DNA from: Marsupella aquatica
Lineage: Eukaryota > Plantae > Marchantiophyta
DNA: 64,000 nucleotides
Direction: 5' to 3'
Assembly: GCA_973895155.1 (NCBI GenBank)
Contig: OZ316892.1
Coordinates: forward strand, 10,024,283 to 10,088,282
Below are positions 63,317 to 64,000 of this stretch, in pieces. Each line of letters opens with the position of its first letter. The first letter of the stretch is position 1. The notes below the pieces were generated by a model, which saw only the letters and a program-made list of their open reading frames with translations, made no database searches and was not told the DNA's origin. Both the position numbers and the translations under genes were made by a program.

Positions 63317-64000
63317 AAAGATGTCGAGTGATAAAAAGATGTTGAGGTGATAAAAAGGTGTGGAGTGATAAAAAGATGTCAGATGATAAAAAGATGTTGA
63401 GGTGATAAAAGGATGTCAAGCGATAAAAATATGTCGAGTGATAAAAAGAAGTCGAGTGCTCAGGGGTCTCACTATATGGATGCCTCCCCATCACCTGCAA
63501 CGTTAGGCCTCTGACCCCTAAAATGTAAGAAAAAAAATATTTTTCAACCCCTCTAAAGTTGAAATATTCTTGGAATATTCCAAAAAATTGGTTATAAGGA
63601 CCCTAATGTTCTTATAAGTCTCAAAATTTTATTTAAAAGACCCTATTGTCCTTCTCAAAAAATTCTTAAGTCTTCCCTTTGAATCAATAAAATGACCCTA
63701 TGCTTCATCGCACGTGATGGGCCATTTTTGTGGAAGTGAAACCCCCAAGGTTGAGTGATAGAAAGAAGTCAAGTGATAAAGATGTCGAGGTGATAAAAAG
63801 AAGTCAAGTGATAAAAGATGTTGAGTGATAAAAAGATGCCGAGTGATAAAGACATGTTGAGGTGATAAAAAGATGTCGAGTGATAAAAACATGTTGAGGT
63901 GATAAAAATATATCAAGGTGAGAAAAGATGTCAAGGTGAGAACAATATCTCAAAGTGATAAAAAGATGTAAAGGTGATATTAAAAGATGTCGAGATGATA
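63317..64000. repeat. TGATAAAAAGATGT(C/T)GAG minisatellite (17-19-bp units)
   Basis: Regular units at 63317-63458 and 63750-64000. Confidence 0.93.
63459..63749. mobile_element. hAT-type MITE inserted in the minisatellite
   Basis: CTCAGGGGTCTCACT...AGTGAAACCCCCAAG; 8-bp TSD GTCGAGTG/GTTGAGTG. Confidence 0.88.

Larger units (their letters stand above)
63291..64000 (-). mobile_element. 3' end of a non-autonomous Helitron carrying a minisatellite
   Basis: The minus strand reads ...CGTACAATGCACGGGCATCGGGCTAG|T: a short hairpin about 8 nt before CTAG, followed by T. The TGATAAAAAGATGTCGAG array lies directly inside it. Confidence 0.65.

Overview
This is eukaryotic nuclear DNA from a land plant. 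A bryophyte (liverwort-like) source is my inference from the plant-type CUL3/STP remnants, the intron style and the TE families; I did not test it. The window is gene-poor and repeat-rich. Only one gene looks intact: a minus-strand gene (4459 to <1, 11 exons visible) encoding signal peptide + Venus-flytrap (PBP1/ANF-receptor) ectodomain + ONE transmembrane helix + a cytoplasmic part that runs off the window, which is not the plant GLR architecture. The rest is decayed genes and a dense, partly nested TE landscape. The decayed genes are a truncated STP sugar transporter, an intronless GC-rich fungal-type SDR without its catalytic Tyr, a frameshifted CUL3 and probable NLR/F-box remnants. The TEs include a MULE, hAT/Tourist/mariner-type MITEs, solo LTRs, LINE remnants, a SINE and a Helitron end with a minisatellite. 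The clearest mobile element is a 332-bp TRIM (58004-58335) whose two identical LTRs each carry a tRNA-derived Pol III promoter module. All calls come from reading the sequence by eye; no searches were run.
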